Shown: positions 42,401-56,010, counted from the stretch's first letter. The stretch: DNA of 64,000 nt from Octopus vulgaris (GCA_951406725.2 OX597825.1:33418001-33482000), one strand, 5' to 3'. Translations and numbers: made by a program. Notes: generated by a model from the sequence alone, not told the origin.

Positions 42401-43444
42401 CAAATGTCTTGGTTAGAGAAAGCAGTTGCACCTATGTGCTTCACAAGCCCTCCGAGATTATCATAATCCTTTAATGTCCACTATTTCATGTTTGCAATGG
42501 TCAGATAGAATTTGCTAACACAGATTTACTATGCTTGGATGCCCTTCCTGTCACCAACCTTCACCTTTTTCCATATCCTGACATGTTTTTCACAGAGGAC
42601 TAAAGACAAACATCCTTGCTTGTATGACAATGGTACTCATTTACAACTATCATGTATACTCACAAACACATATATACACACATACATATATTGTTATACT
42701 TAGGGATGGTCATATTTTGCCAATTAAACACTTGCACTGTATATTTTGTCTTCACTTCAGCTTTATTACTATTATTTTAGTTTCTTTGTCAAAGACTTTT
42801 CATCACATATTCTGTGACATGGTCGACAATTCTCTAACCCATGTGTCTCCTCTTGTTCTGTTTATTCCATTTTGTCTTTCTGTGGTTTCAGTTTCCATCT
42901 ACCAAATCCATTTCCAAGGCTTTGATCAGCCTGGGGCTATAGTAGAAAACACTTGCCCAAGGTGCTGTGCAGTGGGACTGAACCCAAAACCTCATGATTG
43001 ATAAGCAAGCTTCTTAACCATACAGCCACACCTGCACCTGTTTAGTTACTTTTCTTCTTGAAGAATTATATTATGAGTAGAGGAAGATTCTAGAATACTG
43101 ATGTTCTGCAGAGAAGGGCAGAGCAAAATGGTAGCATGGGGCCTTATAGAATAGACACAATATGGTTGATGAAGGCAGGAGAAATGAGAGCACTGGGTAG
43201 TTCTGGGTGGAAATATCACAAGACTAGTTAGTTCTGAAGATTGGAGTACAATCTGTTTCCACAGTTACATATTCAGCCTGGAAAGTTTGAAGAAGACACA
43301 CCACAGTACTGTGAATATGTGTTTGATGTATAAAAATTAGCCTAAATGTTGAATTTCTAACAAAGACTTTCAGCACATGTCATATATGTTGTTTCATCTG
43401 AATATTTCTTTGCTTGTATTGTATGAACACCTTCTCTATTAATG

Positions 43445-43700
43445 TAGAGGCATGTGGCTTAGTGGTTAGGGTGTCAGCACCATGATCATAAGATTGTGGT
43501 TTCGATTCCTGGACCGGGCGACGCGTTGTATTCTTGAGCAAAACACTTCATTTCCCGTTGCTCCAGTCCACTCAGCTGGCAAAAATGAGTAACACTGTGA
43601 TGAAATGGCATCCCGTCCAGCTGGGGAACACATACGCCATAGAAACTAGGAAACCGGGCCCATGAGCCTGGCTAGGCTTTAAAAGGGCGCATTTATTTAT
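43445..43700 (+). mobile_element. SINE family C variant
   Basis: tRNA-like head; shares the 3' end ggaaaccgggcccatgagcctggctaggct with the 34545 and 52108 copies but has a different middle. Confidence 0.8.
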
Positions 43701-44222
43701 TTATTATGTTCTAAAACATAAAAGAAGCCTTCCAACTAGTTACAGTTGGTGACCCCAATATGATTTTCATCTGGCAAAACATGGGATTGAATCCAATAGC
43801 TACACAGGCAAAGGCAGAATGAAATAGTATAATACACTAAGTTGGTGAATAACTGTAAAGTAAGCAGTTGGGTGACAAGTATGAAGGACTCATAAATATC
43901 AAGAAGATCCTAAATATGCTCATGCCTATGGGGCAGGCCTTTCTTCTTTAAGGACAAATTGCTGAGGTACATGCAGATGAATACCAGGTCCTAGAGTGCT
44001 CTCCTACTACATTATCATTCCTAGGCATCCATGCTTTACTAGGTTTGCAGAAAAAGATGATCCAAAGGACAGATAAGAAACAATTAGAAACATTAAGAAA
44101 TGGTTAAGCACATGTATGTATTTTTGGTACAGTTTCTTTCAGTCCAGACAATTTACTATAATCATAACTGAAGAGGGCAATCATTCCACTAGTCTCACAG
44201 CAATGCAAAACAGACACTCTGT

Positions 44223-44432
44223 CAGTGGTTCTCAAAGATTTATTAGCTTCAATATTAAAAACAAATGCTCCATTACATTTCTATGATTAAATATTATTAG
44301 GAATTGTATAAAAAAATTGTTAAAGTATTTTGTGTATCGTAGAAGTATAACCAATTTATTGCACATAAATTTTAAAAGTAAAATCTTATGTGGACCCCCA
44401 AGGGCCATGTCGACCCGGGTTGAGAACCACTG
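44223..44432. mobile_element. hAT (Charlie-like) MITE
   Basis: TIR CAGTGGTTCTCAA / TTGAGAACCACTG; related to 21766-22114; TSD decayed. Confidence 0.8.
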
Positions 44433-45862
44433 ATCTATGTGGTTGCTTAGCCTGCAACAAATACCAGCTAATTATCCCTCAACACACGCCATTAAAAACA
44501 AATGGAAATAAAGAGTACTATGCAACCAGTTGATCTGGGTTAACCTACAGCTAAACATCAAAAGCACATTGAAATCTGAAAAAAATCAGTGGTGGTTTGC
44601 ATTGGAGGGGAAAATAGAAACAGAATTTGTAAAACAAAATAAGTTTGTCGATGTCGGAGTTTCATGTTGCAGTCTTATGTAAACGAGTTGTTTACATTTT
44701 AATAGGTAGCTCTCTCCACATCTCTTGGTAGCATGGGGAGCAAGGGTAAACAATTTCTGAGTTAGTATACAAACAAGTAATATTTCCATCTTTAACCAAA
44801 ACTAAGAAGCCCTATAGTCTAATTTTACAGGAATACTAAATACATATGGATAATTAATAAGTCTCACTTCGTCGCTCGGTCTGCTTGAAAAATCTATCGC
44901 AAATCATATCTTGCTATCTCAGAAAAGTTAAGAACACATTAAACAATCAGGTTTCTTATATATATGAGACGGGATGGCCATGCTTGGGATGCTTTAGATC
45001 ATAGGTTTGCTCAATCAGTACTAACTTCGGGTTCATCAATGACAGCAGGTACGTGTATTTCGAGCCAACGACAGGCGTAAAGTGACCTTCCAGCCTGCTA
45101 GAAATAGCAGCCACATTTCCCTCAAATTAACTCCAACTATCTAAAAAAAGGAGATTAATGGAGATTATTGGATGATGTAGTCAGGGACACACAATAATTG
45201 AAAAAAAAAAAAAAAATACCCAGCATGGTCATGTCATTGTTAGAATGCCTTTGATCAGAGGTCTGGGTTTAAACAATAATACCCACGATGTGTTGGTTCT
45301 TTCAGTTTACAAGTCTAGTTAAGTTTGTATAAGTAGGCCCCAAACTTGAAGGCAGCTTGTCAAAAAGTTACATCAAAAAGTCGCACAAAATTTGAAAAAC
45401 ATATACGCCATTTAATTATTTTGAGGCTCCTAAACCTGGGGCTGACCACGTGAAGTATTTGCTGACATTACAAGAACTTACTTTTACGTAATGAAATATA
45501 CTACACAAACACAATTGACAGGATATGACGAAATAGAAACAACAGAACACCTAAATAACATACAAAAAGATATGTAAAGTAGTGGGACATACCACAGAAA
45601 AAGAAATGTATGATGTAATAAAAGACCTAGAAAACAACAAAGATCATTAAAAGAATCGAAGGAACATATGTGTGAACAACGGAGATTAATGGATATATAT
45701 ATAAATTTAAGTATAATTATAAAATAATTATAATAAAGGGCGCTGAATTGACAACGCTGGCACGCTAGAAATAGACGCCAAATGGACTATAAATCACTTA
45801 AGTTATTACTCCAGTATGCTGGCCACTGATAAATCATTAAATAATGACTTTATCACAATTAA

Positions 45863-45919
<57 letters not shown>

Positions 45920-47224
45920 GGAGAGAGAGAGAGAGAGAGAGTGTGTGTGTTTGTGTATAAAAATGCTTTGCACTCGTTAGATACAGAGAAGAGAGCAACG
46001 ATGGAATCACCGAAAAATTATGTTGGATGCAGGTATGGCTGTGCGGTGAAGAAATATGCTTCGCAACGACGTGGTTTCGGATGCAATCCTACAGTGTAGT
46101 ATTATGCAAGTTGACGGAGAATGCGAAGAAACCATTCGGAAGTAGCGTGCCTGTCCTTGGACCGCAAACTCAATCTGTCTCGCGGTTTGACATCACTGCC
46201 TGTCAACTGAAAGGTCTCCGGTCCGAGGACAACTCTCCCCTCCCTCACCTTTACTTGTTACGGAGGCTCTGTAAATATTCGTGAGATCTGCCCTTCTTCC
46301 TCTGACAAAGATGTTAAAAATAAACACACTATAACTATGTTGAGAAAGAAGGTCGATATAAGTTGAAGTTGAACGTGGAAAGTAAATGTGACAAGTCTTG
46401 TTTCAACCTGTATGTAATTCGACTCAGGCTTGGTCCAACTGATTTGTTGTTGTTTAGTTCCAGATCAGCTGTGATTGAGAACATATAAACAAGGTATCAG
46501 GTTTTTAAGGCTTTATATAAAGAATTATACGATATTTACTTTCCCTGTTTATGATAGCAGGGTGTGATTTGAATGGGATTTGGTTGCTATTTCTAACTGC
46601 TCGAGTGACCAATATAGAATTTCCTTAGTAACGTAATCTGGAAATTTTTTTGACGAAATATAGAGGATATGTTTTATAGGTTATAAGAAAATATTGATGA
46701 TGCAAGAGAAATTTTAACTGTAGGTACTGAATACGTGTCGATAAAATGAAAAAAAAAAATACTTCTCTCAGCACGTATATTTTATAAAATTTCCGTTACT
46801 AAGTAAAATTTAGAAACAATAAATAAATATTTAAAGATAAAAAATATCTAAGAACATAAATTAAAATAAACAAACTTTCAGTTACTTTATCAGTTTTAGA
46901 TTTAGTTAATTTTAATTTTGACAGATCATCTATTACAGCTATTTCTAAGAAACATAAAAGCGTGACTGCGCATTTAAAAAAATCCTAAAATTTATTTGAG
47001 AAACTTTCAAGAAACAACTGTTAACTTAGATATAAGTAATTAAAAGTAAATCAGGTGCGACTAAATATAGTCTCTAAACGAAGCGTTCAAAAACATTGCT
47101 ATTTTCAATGCTTCCCTTTTTATAAATCTCTTTCTTGCCAATATATTGGTGAAAGACAGATGAAAAGAGTTTGAGCTGGTGAGATTGGTGTTAGATTGAG
47201 AGAAAGGCAAACATATACATGTTG

Positions 47225-47632
47225 GTGAGAGAGAGAAAGAAGAAAGACAAATATATATATAGAGGAAGACAGAGTAAGAAGAGAGAGACTTGAAAAAATA
47301 GAGTAGAGAATAAAAAGAGAACTCAGCAAAATAGAGAGAGAGAGAGAGAGAACGACGAGATAGAAATAGAGACAGAAAGAGAACAGAGAGGTAAAGAGAG
47401 AAAAAGGGAGGGAGAATAAACAGAGAGAGAAAAAGAGATAGAAAGAGAAGGAGAACTAATAGAGTGAGAAAGATATAGGAAGTGAGGGAGAAGGAACAAA
47501 TAGAGAGATAAAGCAATAGAAAGAGAGGGAGAAGATACAGACACAGAGAGAGACAGAGAGCGAGAGAGAGAAGATAGAGATACAGAGAGAGACAGAGAGC
47601 GAGAGAGAGAAAGAGATAGAGAGAAAGATGAA
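47225..47632 (+). promoter_or_regulatory. Polypurine (GA-rich) tract in the SNX27 promoter/5'UTR
   Basis: ~400-bp almost pure A/G tract ending ~60 bp before the ATG; function is inferred. Confidence 0.45.
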
Positions 47633-47690
47633 CCGGACATAGATTACGGTGTGTTTGTGTGATTTGCCTTGTTTGATCATCTGACCAAAT

Positions 47691-47950
47691 ATGGCGGATA
47701 GTGATGAGGAAGGCAGTACTCCGTCTACTCCGGAGAGAATGATGAGCGACCATAGTGGCCCAAGGGTGGTCACCATCACAAAAACAGAAACAGGCTTTGG
47801 ATTTAATGTCCGGGGCCAGGTCAGCGAAGGTGGGGTCCTCAAATCGATTAATGGAGTATTGTATGCACCTCTCCAACATGTTAGTGCCGTGTTAGAAGGC
47901 GGTGCTGCACACAGAGCAGGCATACGGAAGGGAGACCGAATTTTAGAAGT
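47691..47950 (+). CDS. SNX27: Sorting nexin-27, first coding exon (PDZ domain N-terminal part)
   Basis: [65 protein letters not shown] matches the SNX27 PDZ; MAD N-terminus; GTAAGT donor at 47951 (phase 2). Confidence 0.97.
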
Positions 47951-49979
47951 GTAAGTACACATTATTATATATTATATGTCATTTTATTCACTTCCACTCG
48001 ACAGCTTAAATTGAATTTATTCACGTTCTTAAAATAACCCTGTTTACATCCCTTATTCATTCGTAACTCCCTTTCTTCGTTACTCCCTTCAACATGGGGT
48101 GTGATTGCGTCTGCCCGCCACTGTTCTCTCTAATAGAACTATGGAGCATTCTGTTGAATGTATGGTATTTTTTTATGTATACATTCTTGGCCGCATGGGT
48201 GATTTACTGGATGTATCTATGTTATTTCGTGTATATTGTATGTGTATGAATATTTCGTCTTCGCGAAGGTATGTTTCTTTTTGTGTGTATGTATGAATGA
48301 ATGTTTATGTCTATATTTTATGATTGTTTTTTTATGTGTATGAATGAATAAATCTTATGTATGTGTACATATGAATGGATGTTTCTTGAGTGTATATGTA
48401 AATGTTTCTTGTTTGTGCGTGTATGAATTTTTTTGTATATATATATTTATATTGTGTGTGTAGTGTGGTGTGTATTTGTAGGAATTTTTCCTGTGTATGT
48501 ATGAATGTTTCTTGAGTACGTGTTTGTGAATGTTTGTATGTGTATGGATGAATATATCTTGTGTAACTGTTTTTGTGCGTGTGTATGAATATTTCTTATG
48601 CATTGTATGTATGATCTTGTTTAGCCTCGAATCAGCCTTGATTAAACAAACCTTATGATATGATCAAAGGCATTCCAGTGATGAGATCCCATCTTTTATG
48701 TTAGATACTGTGTATCTTGCTCTACATAATCTATTGTATCCTTTCCCATTTTTGAGATGGTAGTATATAGGGGGGAAGGGGATTTTAGCAGCTATTTCTA
48801 GCAGACCGAGCGATTACATAGGAACACACTCGTTGGCTCGTATGTATGTATATCAAACGTGTAGTGAGTGTCTGTTTTATGTAAGACGATAGCGAGTACC
48901 AGCAAGTGATTTATAAGAATTAGTTTACCTTCGTTTCGTAAACTTTATTTGAATTTAGCATTAAATGTTTGTTAGATTAACGGAGGGATATAACAGAATT
49001 TATTCTGTAATGAGATTACATAATACACATATATTCACTTATGTTTCGTATAGGTTTATCTGATAGCTTATTTTCTCTCAAACGTTTTCGTTTGTCACTC
49101 ACTCAAGTAAATATGATGCGACATCAGATAGTTGTTTCGTTTTAAGAAATAAACGGAAACAGATATTGTCCTTCTAGAACTGTATCTGTCTATCGTGAGT
49201 GTGTCTATATACGTTATGTGTAAGTATGTGTATGTCTATGTGTGTGTTTAAGTCATTGTACATGTCTGTTTATGAGTGTATTTAAGTTACTGTGTATATA
49301 TTTGTGTAAATGTATGTCGTATATGTGCCTTTATGTATATGCGTTTGTGTGTATGTGTTTATATATCATCATCATTATATATATAAACACACACACTTGC
49401 ACACACATATATATATATAGATAGATAGATGTGTGTATACGTGTATGTTCAGTCACTCTATGGAGATAATAAATGACAAGTAAAACGAAAGTGAGTGGAA
49501 GGATGAGATGTTTTACAACATCCAGGAAAATAGCGAGTTGTAGTTTTCCTGTGACTGTTGTGTTAAAAGAACCTTTGGACTGATGATAATTACTCGTAAG
49601 TTTTCCGTTGTTTTGTAAATAGTATAGCAATATTCTATTAAATATTGTTAATTAAATTTCTATAATTACCATTAAACTACTTGGTACTACTGGCTAACTC
49701 GAATTCCATCGATTTACTGTCATCAACCTTAACTATGGAAGGCTGTCAAAAACATAATTGAAAATTTAAACTGTTTCATTTATTTGATGCTTCCACTCTT
49801 TAAATAATTTGATTATTGAATGTCAGTAGTAAATTAAAAAGTAATTAATGATAATACAAATGGAGAAAACACGGGTTAAGATATTGTCAAATACCTCACC
49901 ACCAGTTCAACTAAATAATTACTGTCATATTAACTCCAAACTAATCTTCCTTGAAGAAAATCTTGTGCATAGAGGTGCA

Positions 49980-50420
49980 AGCATGGCTGTGTGGTAAGAA
50001 GTTTGCTTCCCAACCACAGGGTCCCAGGCTCAGTCCCTGTGTGTAACACCTTTGGCAAGTATTATCAACTATAGCCCCAGGCCAACTAAAACCTTATGAT
50101 AAGTAGATTTAGTATACAAAAACTGAAAGAAATCTGTTGTAAGATATATATATATATGTTTCTGATGAAGAGCTCCGCTTGAAACGTTAAACCCTCCTTC
50201 TTTCCTGAGTGTCCAATAATACTATACTTATTCCACGTCCTCGCGTTGTTGTGTTTTCATGTTTGTATTAACTATATATATATATATATATATATATGCA
50301 TGTGTGTCTTTGTGTTTGTCTCCTGCCACTTGACAACCAGTATTGGTTTGGCTACAACCCTTCAAGGCGGAGGCCATCATGGCTGCAGCCCAATGACTGA
50401 AACAAGTAACAGGTGAAAGA
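49980..50420 (+). mobile_element. SINE family A with a nested hammerhead element (~50155-50273)
   Basis: The insert lies inside the SINE's (TA)n and ends tattaactatata. Confidence 0.8.
50158..50192 (+). ncRNA. Minimal type I hammerhead motif
   Basis: GTTT-CTGATGA-a-GAGC tcc GCTT-GAAA-C-GTT-AAAC. Stem I GTTT/AAAC; palindromic ACGT stem III (dimer type). Confidence 0.68.
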
Positions 50421-50899
50421 CATATTACTAAAGTTGCTGATGTGTCACATTATTTCATTACTGTCACAATGTGTTTGTTTCAGAGACAGCAAGTATTTAA
50501 TAATGAAAATATTTAAAGAACAGAAAAAATTCTCAATAATAAAAGTATTTGCATAATTGATTGTCTTCAACATCCTTTCTGTGATAAGTTTAATGACAGT
50601 AAATCAATGAAGCCCATTAATTTTCACTGGCAGTTTGCACTATAACATTTAGGAGTTATTGGTCTAGACCTATTGCCTAAGATCAAAGTGTAGTATATTA
50701 ATTATTAAATACAAAATGCAAAATCTTTAGGTAAGAATTTATCAAAAGTTTTACCCATTGTTTTGAAAGATTGCTCTATTCTTTTTAATTAATAAAAATC
50801 ATGACATGGGTACATACGTGTGAGTATTTTGATATATATACATATATAGATAGATGTGTATCATGTAGACTTAGGTTTTCTTCTGTTCCTCCAGCTTGG

Positions 50900-52860
50900 G
50901 AGAAATTGCCCTGTTTTCCTATGAATAAGGAAGGTTGAATTGTGGCAAAATCTACTTCATCTTGGTCTTTTCACATCTAATTCTAAGCTCAATCTTTCTT
51001 GCTTGTTTTTTTAACTTGGTATTAGTGCTAGTAATCCAGCTTTTGTTTCTTCTAGCTGTGCAATATTATTAACAAAAGTCAGATCTTAAAGCTTTTCTGT
51101 TTTCTTTGAACACAGTGTTCTATTGGTTACCTTCTGCTAGCAAGACAAGGAATGATAGGATGCATTTCTGGCAATAATGCTAAAATTCTCAATATGGCCA
51201 GTATCTGTCATGAAACAGCTACTAGAATTGTCATACAGATTTCAGAAAATGTTAAGGCACTGCGTGGAGGAAACCATATCCTTGAACAATTTTCCAGAGT
51301 GATTGCTGTTGGATGCTGTCCAAAGGCTTTTTCAAGTCCAGAAACCAACAGGATCATTGGGTTCCATGATATTTTTCAGCTTGAATATTTCTTCAGTGCA
51401 AGAGTAGCTGGAGTGAAATTCTGATCGTTTAGCTGTCTTGCATCAATCAATACCCTGTCAAATCCTATTCGTTAATACAATACAGAAAACTTGTCATCAA
51501 CTTTTGAAGTCTATCAGGTTTCCCATTTCAGAAGCTCCACAATGACCTCTCTTCTGTAATTGACCAAGACTTGTTGCTGTTACCATCACCTGTTGAGTAG
51601 ATGTTTTAATGATGTTATTGCTGTTTCTTCACCATACTTCAGAAGCCGAAATCTGGTCTTATCCAGCAGTGTTGAAGTTCTTTAATTTCCCCAATGCTAG
51701 TTTTATTTCCTCTTTTGTGATTGCATCAGTTCTTGCAGGGTTACAATTGGTAGTTCCAAATAATTCCAACCATATGGCACGTTTTCTTTTTACAGGATTT
51801 TGTCAGTTTCATCTTTGGCTGGTGCACAACTGATCTTTTTCTTTTAAGCCCACGTGCTCTCTGATAATGCAAGTACTGTGACATTGTGTCATTCCTACTA
51901 CCTGCATCTTCTTGTACTTTCTTTCCAGACCTCCTTGTTAATTTTGATGCTCCACAGGCAGTCCAATGTATAGTATTCAGTAGCAGTTTGTCTTTTCTCT
52001 TCTATTCTTCGCTGCCTTATATTGACCACTTAAGTTCCATGACCCTTCATCTATTCATTGTTCCTTTCTTGATGCTCTTTTTTTCTTCAATGTCATACCC
52101 ATTGTTAGTGGAGGTGCAATGACTCAGTGGTTAGGGCAGCAGACTCGCAGTCAGAGGATCGTCGTTTCGATTCCCAGACTGGACGTTATGTGTGTTTATT
52201 GAGTGAAAACACCTAAAGCTCCACGAGGCTCCGGCAGGGGGGTGGTGGCAACCCCTGTTGTACTCTTTCGCCCCAACTTTCTCTCACTCTTTCTTCCTGT
52301 TTCTTGGGTAATGCTGTGATGGACTAGCGTCCCGTCCAGCTGGGGGGAACACATACGCCTCAGAAACTGGGCCCATGAGCCTGGCTAGGCTTGAAAAGGG
52401 CATATAAATAAAATACCCATTGTTGTTCAACACTGTAGAGATGCTATAGTGGCTGATACCTGTTCAGCTGTCACTGGTACAGTTCTGTTGTAGTGGTGTC
52501 TTTTAACTTCTTCACAGTAAATTGTCGGATGATAGTGACATTCTTCTGCCTCTTTAATTGTAGTTTCAATGTAGCTTTTACTAGGTAGTGATCTGATCCA
52601 ACTTTGGCGCCTTGACAAGCTCAGATATTTTCTGAGGCAGTCTTCCAACAAGCACGAATTACAGAATAGACAATTCCATTGTTGGTGAAAAATAGGTGTT
52701 ACAGGTGTTGAAATTGTTCACTTCACACAACAGTATCAGATGTTTGCCATTTTAGCTGATCTCTTTACTTGGTGCATGTGGCTTAATGACATGCTCAGCT
52801 CATGCCTCTCCCTTGCTGGTCTGTGCAAACTAGGGATTTCACTGACTGTCTTGAAGGTGG
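50900..52860 (-). mobile_element. Decayed RTE-like LINE (EN-RT region)
   Basis: Minus-strand remnants EEIKLALGKLKNFNTAG*DQISA and FLDL/KAF/DSIQQQSLWKIVQGYGFPP. Confidence 0.7.
52108..52412 (+). mobile_element. SINE family C nested in the LINE
   Basis: TSD ATACCCATTGTT at 52095-52106 and 52413-52424. Confidence 0.88.
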
Positions 52861-54122
52861 TCATAGACATCTAGCATCTATATATTATGTAAATATCGGT
52901 ATACATGTATATACATGCATATGAGTATTATATACATACAAATACATACATATTTATATATATTCATGCATACATATACATTTATCTCTCCAAATATATA
53001 TATATACACACAACAGACACATCCATCTGGTTGTCTTTTATTTTTTACTTGATTCAGTCATTGGACTGTGCCCATACTGGGGCCACCTTGAAGGGTTTAA
53101 TTGAACAAATCAACCCCAGTACTTATTTTTTCAAAGCCTGGTACTTATTCTATCAGCCTCTTTTTGCTGATTTGCTAGGTTTAGAGAATTTAAAGAAACT
53201 AACCCTGATTATCAAGTGGTAGGGGTACAAATGCAAACATAAACACACACACACACACACAGACACATGATGGGATTCTTTCAGTTTCTGTCTACCAAAT
53301 CCAATCACAAGGCTGTGGGCTATAGTTGAAGGTGTGTGTCATGCAGTAGTGAGACTGAATCTAGAAATGTGTAGTTGGGAAGTAAACTTTGTACCATACA
53401 GCTACATCTCTCTCTCTTCTACATTTATATATATATATATATATGCACACACACACACACACACATATATATGTTTATTAGTTCGTTTTGCAAAAATTCC
53501 TGATGTGAAATTGTGTGTTGAAACAGATATTGTTGTATTTCAGGATGGTAATTTTATTTATTATTATTTTTTTTTGGCCGGGGGGGGGGGTCAAAATAAA
53601 ATAATAATAATAATATGCCAGCATGGAAAGCGGATGCTAAACGATGATGATGATAATAATAATAATAATAAATAAAATGACCTTCCTGAAGTACAACATA
53701 TATATACACACACACACACATACATACAAGTGTAACTGCCTGAAACTGTAAGGACATCTGGTAACTTAACTGAAGAAAGAAAGCCACGAATGACCCTTTT
53801 TATCCCTGTCCTTCTAATTGTTGTTCTTCCTGTCCGCCTTTGTATCGTCTATCTGTCCAAATGTTTTATTGTCCTCTTTTGTGTTTTTGTTCCATTTTTT
53901 ATGTTTATGCACACACACATACATATATATATATAGTAACTAGAAATAGGTACTCAAAGAATCAAATGGCACTTGTCTATAAAATGTTCTGAAGAATGAT
54001 TTTATTCATTTGTTACAATACAATTATATGTGTACACCTATATGTATACTTGTGTGTGTAGATTGCTTTAGTATTGATAATGTAACTGAATACAGATTAT
54101 GAAACTGCTGTAAACATATGGA

Positions 54123-54150
<28 letters not shown>

Positions 54151-54155
<5 letters not shown>

Positions 54156-54787
54156 TTATTATTCTTTTCCAAGAATTGTGTTGACAGTGACTTTGGAGTT
54201 AGAGCTTGCATAGCCTTCTTTGGACACCAGATGAAGTTAAGCAGGGTGAAACTTCAAAGGCACTGACAGTACTATTCTTGTAAAAGAATTATAAATATGT
54301 ACTCTTCAAAAAGTATTGAGTCCCACTATATGGCACTTTGGGCATGTGTGTTATAGTATTGTGAGTGGATCTGGTTGATGGAAACTAATAGAAGCCCTTT
54401 ATATATATATATATTGGCCTGCTCGCTTAACCAGCGGGGTGGCATCATTTGAAGGCTAAAACAATGCGAAGCGCATTGTGACCAGCGATGTGTAGCAACA
54501 TCTGATAGCCTTGTCGGTCACGGTGATATATATATATGATGGGCTTCTATTAATTTCCATCAACCAGATCCACTCACAATACTATAACGCAAATGCACAA
54601 AGTGCCATATAGTGGGACTCAATACTTTTTGAAGAGTACATATTTATAATTCTTTTACAAGAATAGTACTGTCAGTGCCTTTGAAGTTTCACCCTGCTTA
54701 ACTTCATCTGCTGTCCAAAGAAGACTAAACAAGCTGTAACTCCAAAGTCAGTGTCAACACAATTCTTGGAAAAGAATAATAAACATT
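54151..54787. repeat. Long inverted duplication (247-bp arms)
   Basis: 54151-54397 is the reverse complement of 54541-54787, with 10 mismatches and no indels by manual alignment. Confidence 0.97.
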
Positions 54788-55547
54788 ATATATATATATA
54801 TATACATACATTTGTATGTGTGTCTTTGTGTCTCTTTGTCAACCACCACCACCATTTAACCACTGGTGATGGTGTGTTTACGTCCCTGTAACTTAGTGGT
54901 TAGGCAGAAGAGACTGATAGAGTCAGTCTCAGGCTTAAAGAAAAATAAGTACTGGGGCCAATTTGTTCAAGGTGGTGCTCCAGCATGGCTGCAGTCTAAT
55001 GACTGAAGCAAAGTAAAAGATTAAGATACATACACATGCAAGCATGGCAGTGTGGTAAGCAGTTTACTACATTACCACATGGTTCCAGTTCCATCGCACT
55101 GCATGACCTCTTGGGTTAGTGTTTCGTATTATAGCCCCTGCCTTGTGAATGGATTTGGTGGACAGAAACTGAAAGAAGCCTGTCAGATAGATGTGTGCTT
55201 CTCCCCCCCCCCACACACTTGGCAACCGGTGTTGGTTTGTTTATGCCCTCGTAACTTGGCAGTTTGGCAAAAGTAGTACCAGGCTTAAAAATTCGTTTGG
55301 CTAAAAACCCTTCAAAGCGATGCCCCAGTAAGGCTACAGTCCAATGACTAAAACAAATAAAAGATAGTCATGGCTGTGGTAAGAAGTTTGTTTCTCAATC
55401 CCATGGTTCCAGGTTCAGTCTCACTACGTGGCACCTTGAACAGCAATCTCCTACTCTTGCCTCAGACCAACTAAAGTCTTGTGGGTGGATTTGGTAGACG
55501 GAAACTGAAAGAAGCTCGGTGTGCGTGTGTGTTTGTCCACCACTACC

Positions 55548-55778
55548 TATTTCTTTATTACCCACAAGGGGCTAAACACAGAGAGGACAAACAAGGACAG
55601 ACATAGGTATTAAGTCGATTACATCGACCCCAGTGCGTAACTGGTACTTAATTTATCGACCCCGAAAGGATGAAAGGCAAAGTCCACCTCGGCGGAATTT
55701 GAACTCACAAGGTAACGACAGACGAAATACGGCTACGCATTTCGCCCGGCGTGCTAACGATTCTGCCAGCTCGCCGCC
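55548..55778 (-). mobile_element. Young SINE family B nested in SINE A
   Basis: 16-bp TSD TTTGTCCACCACTACC (55532-55547, 55779-55794); CpGs intact. Confidence 0.92.
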
Positions 55779-56010
55779 TTTGTCCACCACTACCGCTTGA
55801 CAACCGGTGTTAGTGTGTTTACTTTCTTGTAACTTAGCTGTTCGGCAAAAAGGATCCCATGAAATGAGTACCAGGTTTAAAAAAAAAAAGTATAGAGGTC
55901 GATTCATTCGAATAAAATTCTACAATGCCGTAGTCTAATGACCGAAGTAAAAGAAAGATACACACACACACATACATACAGACACATAAGTATACACTCA
56001 AATGCGCACC

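Noticed and set aside
47951-47954. Stop codon ending the 87-aa ORF
   Set aside because: The TAA lies within the GTAAGT splice donor; the gene is spliced, not truncated.
47061-47962. Long minus-strand ORFs (272 aa, 168 aa) overlapping SNX27
   Set aside because: Stop-free because they run through the CT-rich complement of the GA tract and antisense to the real exon.
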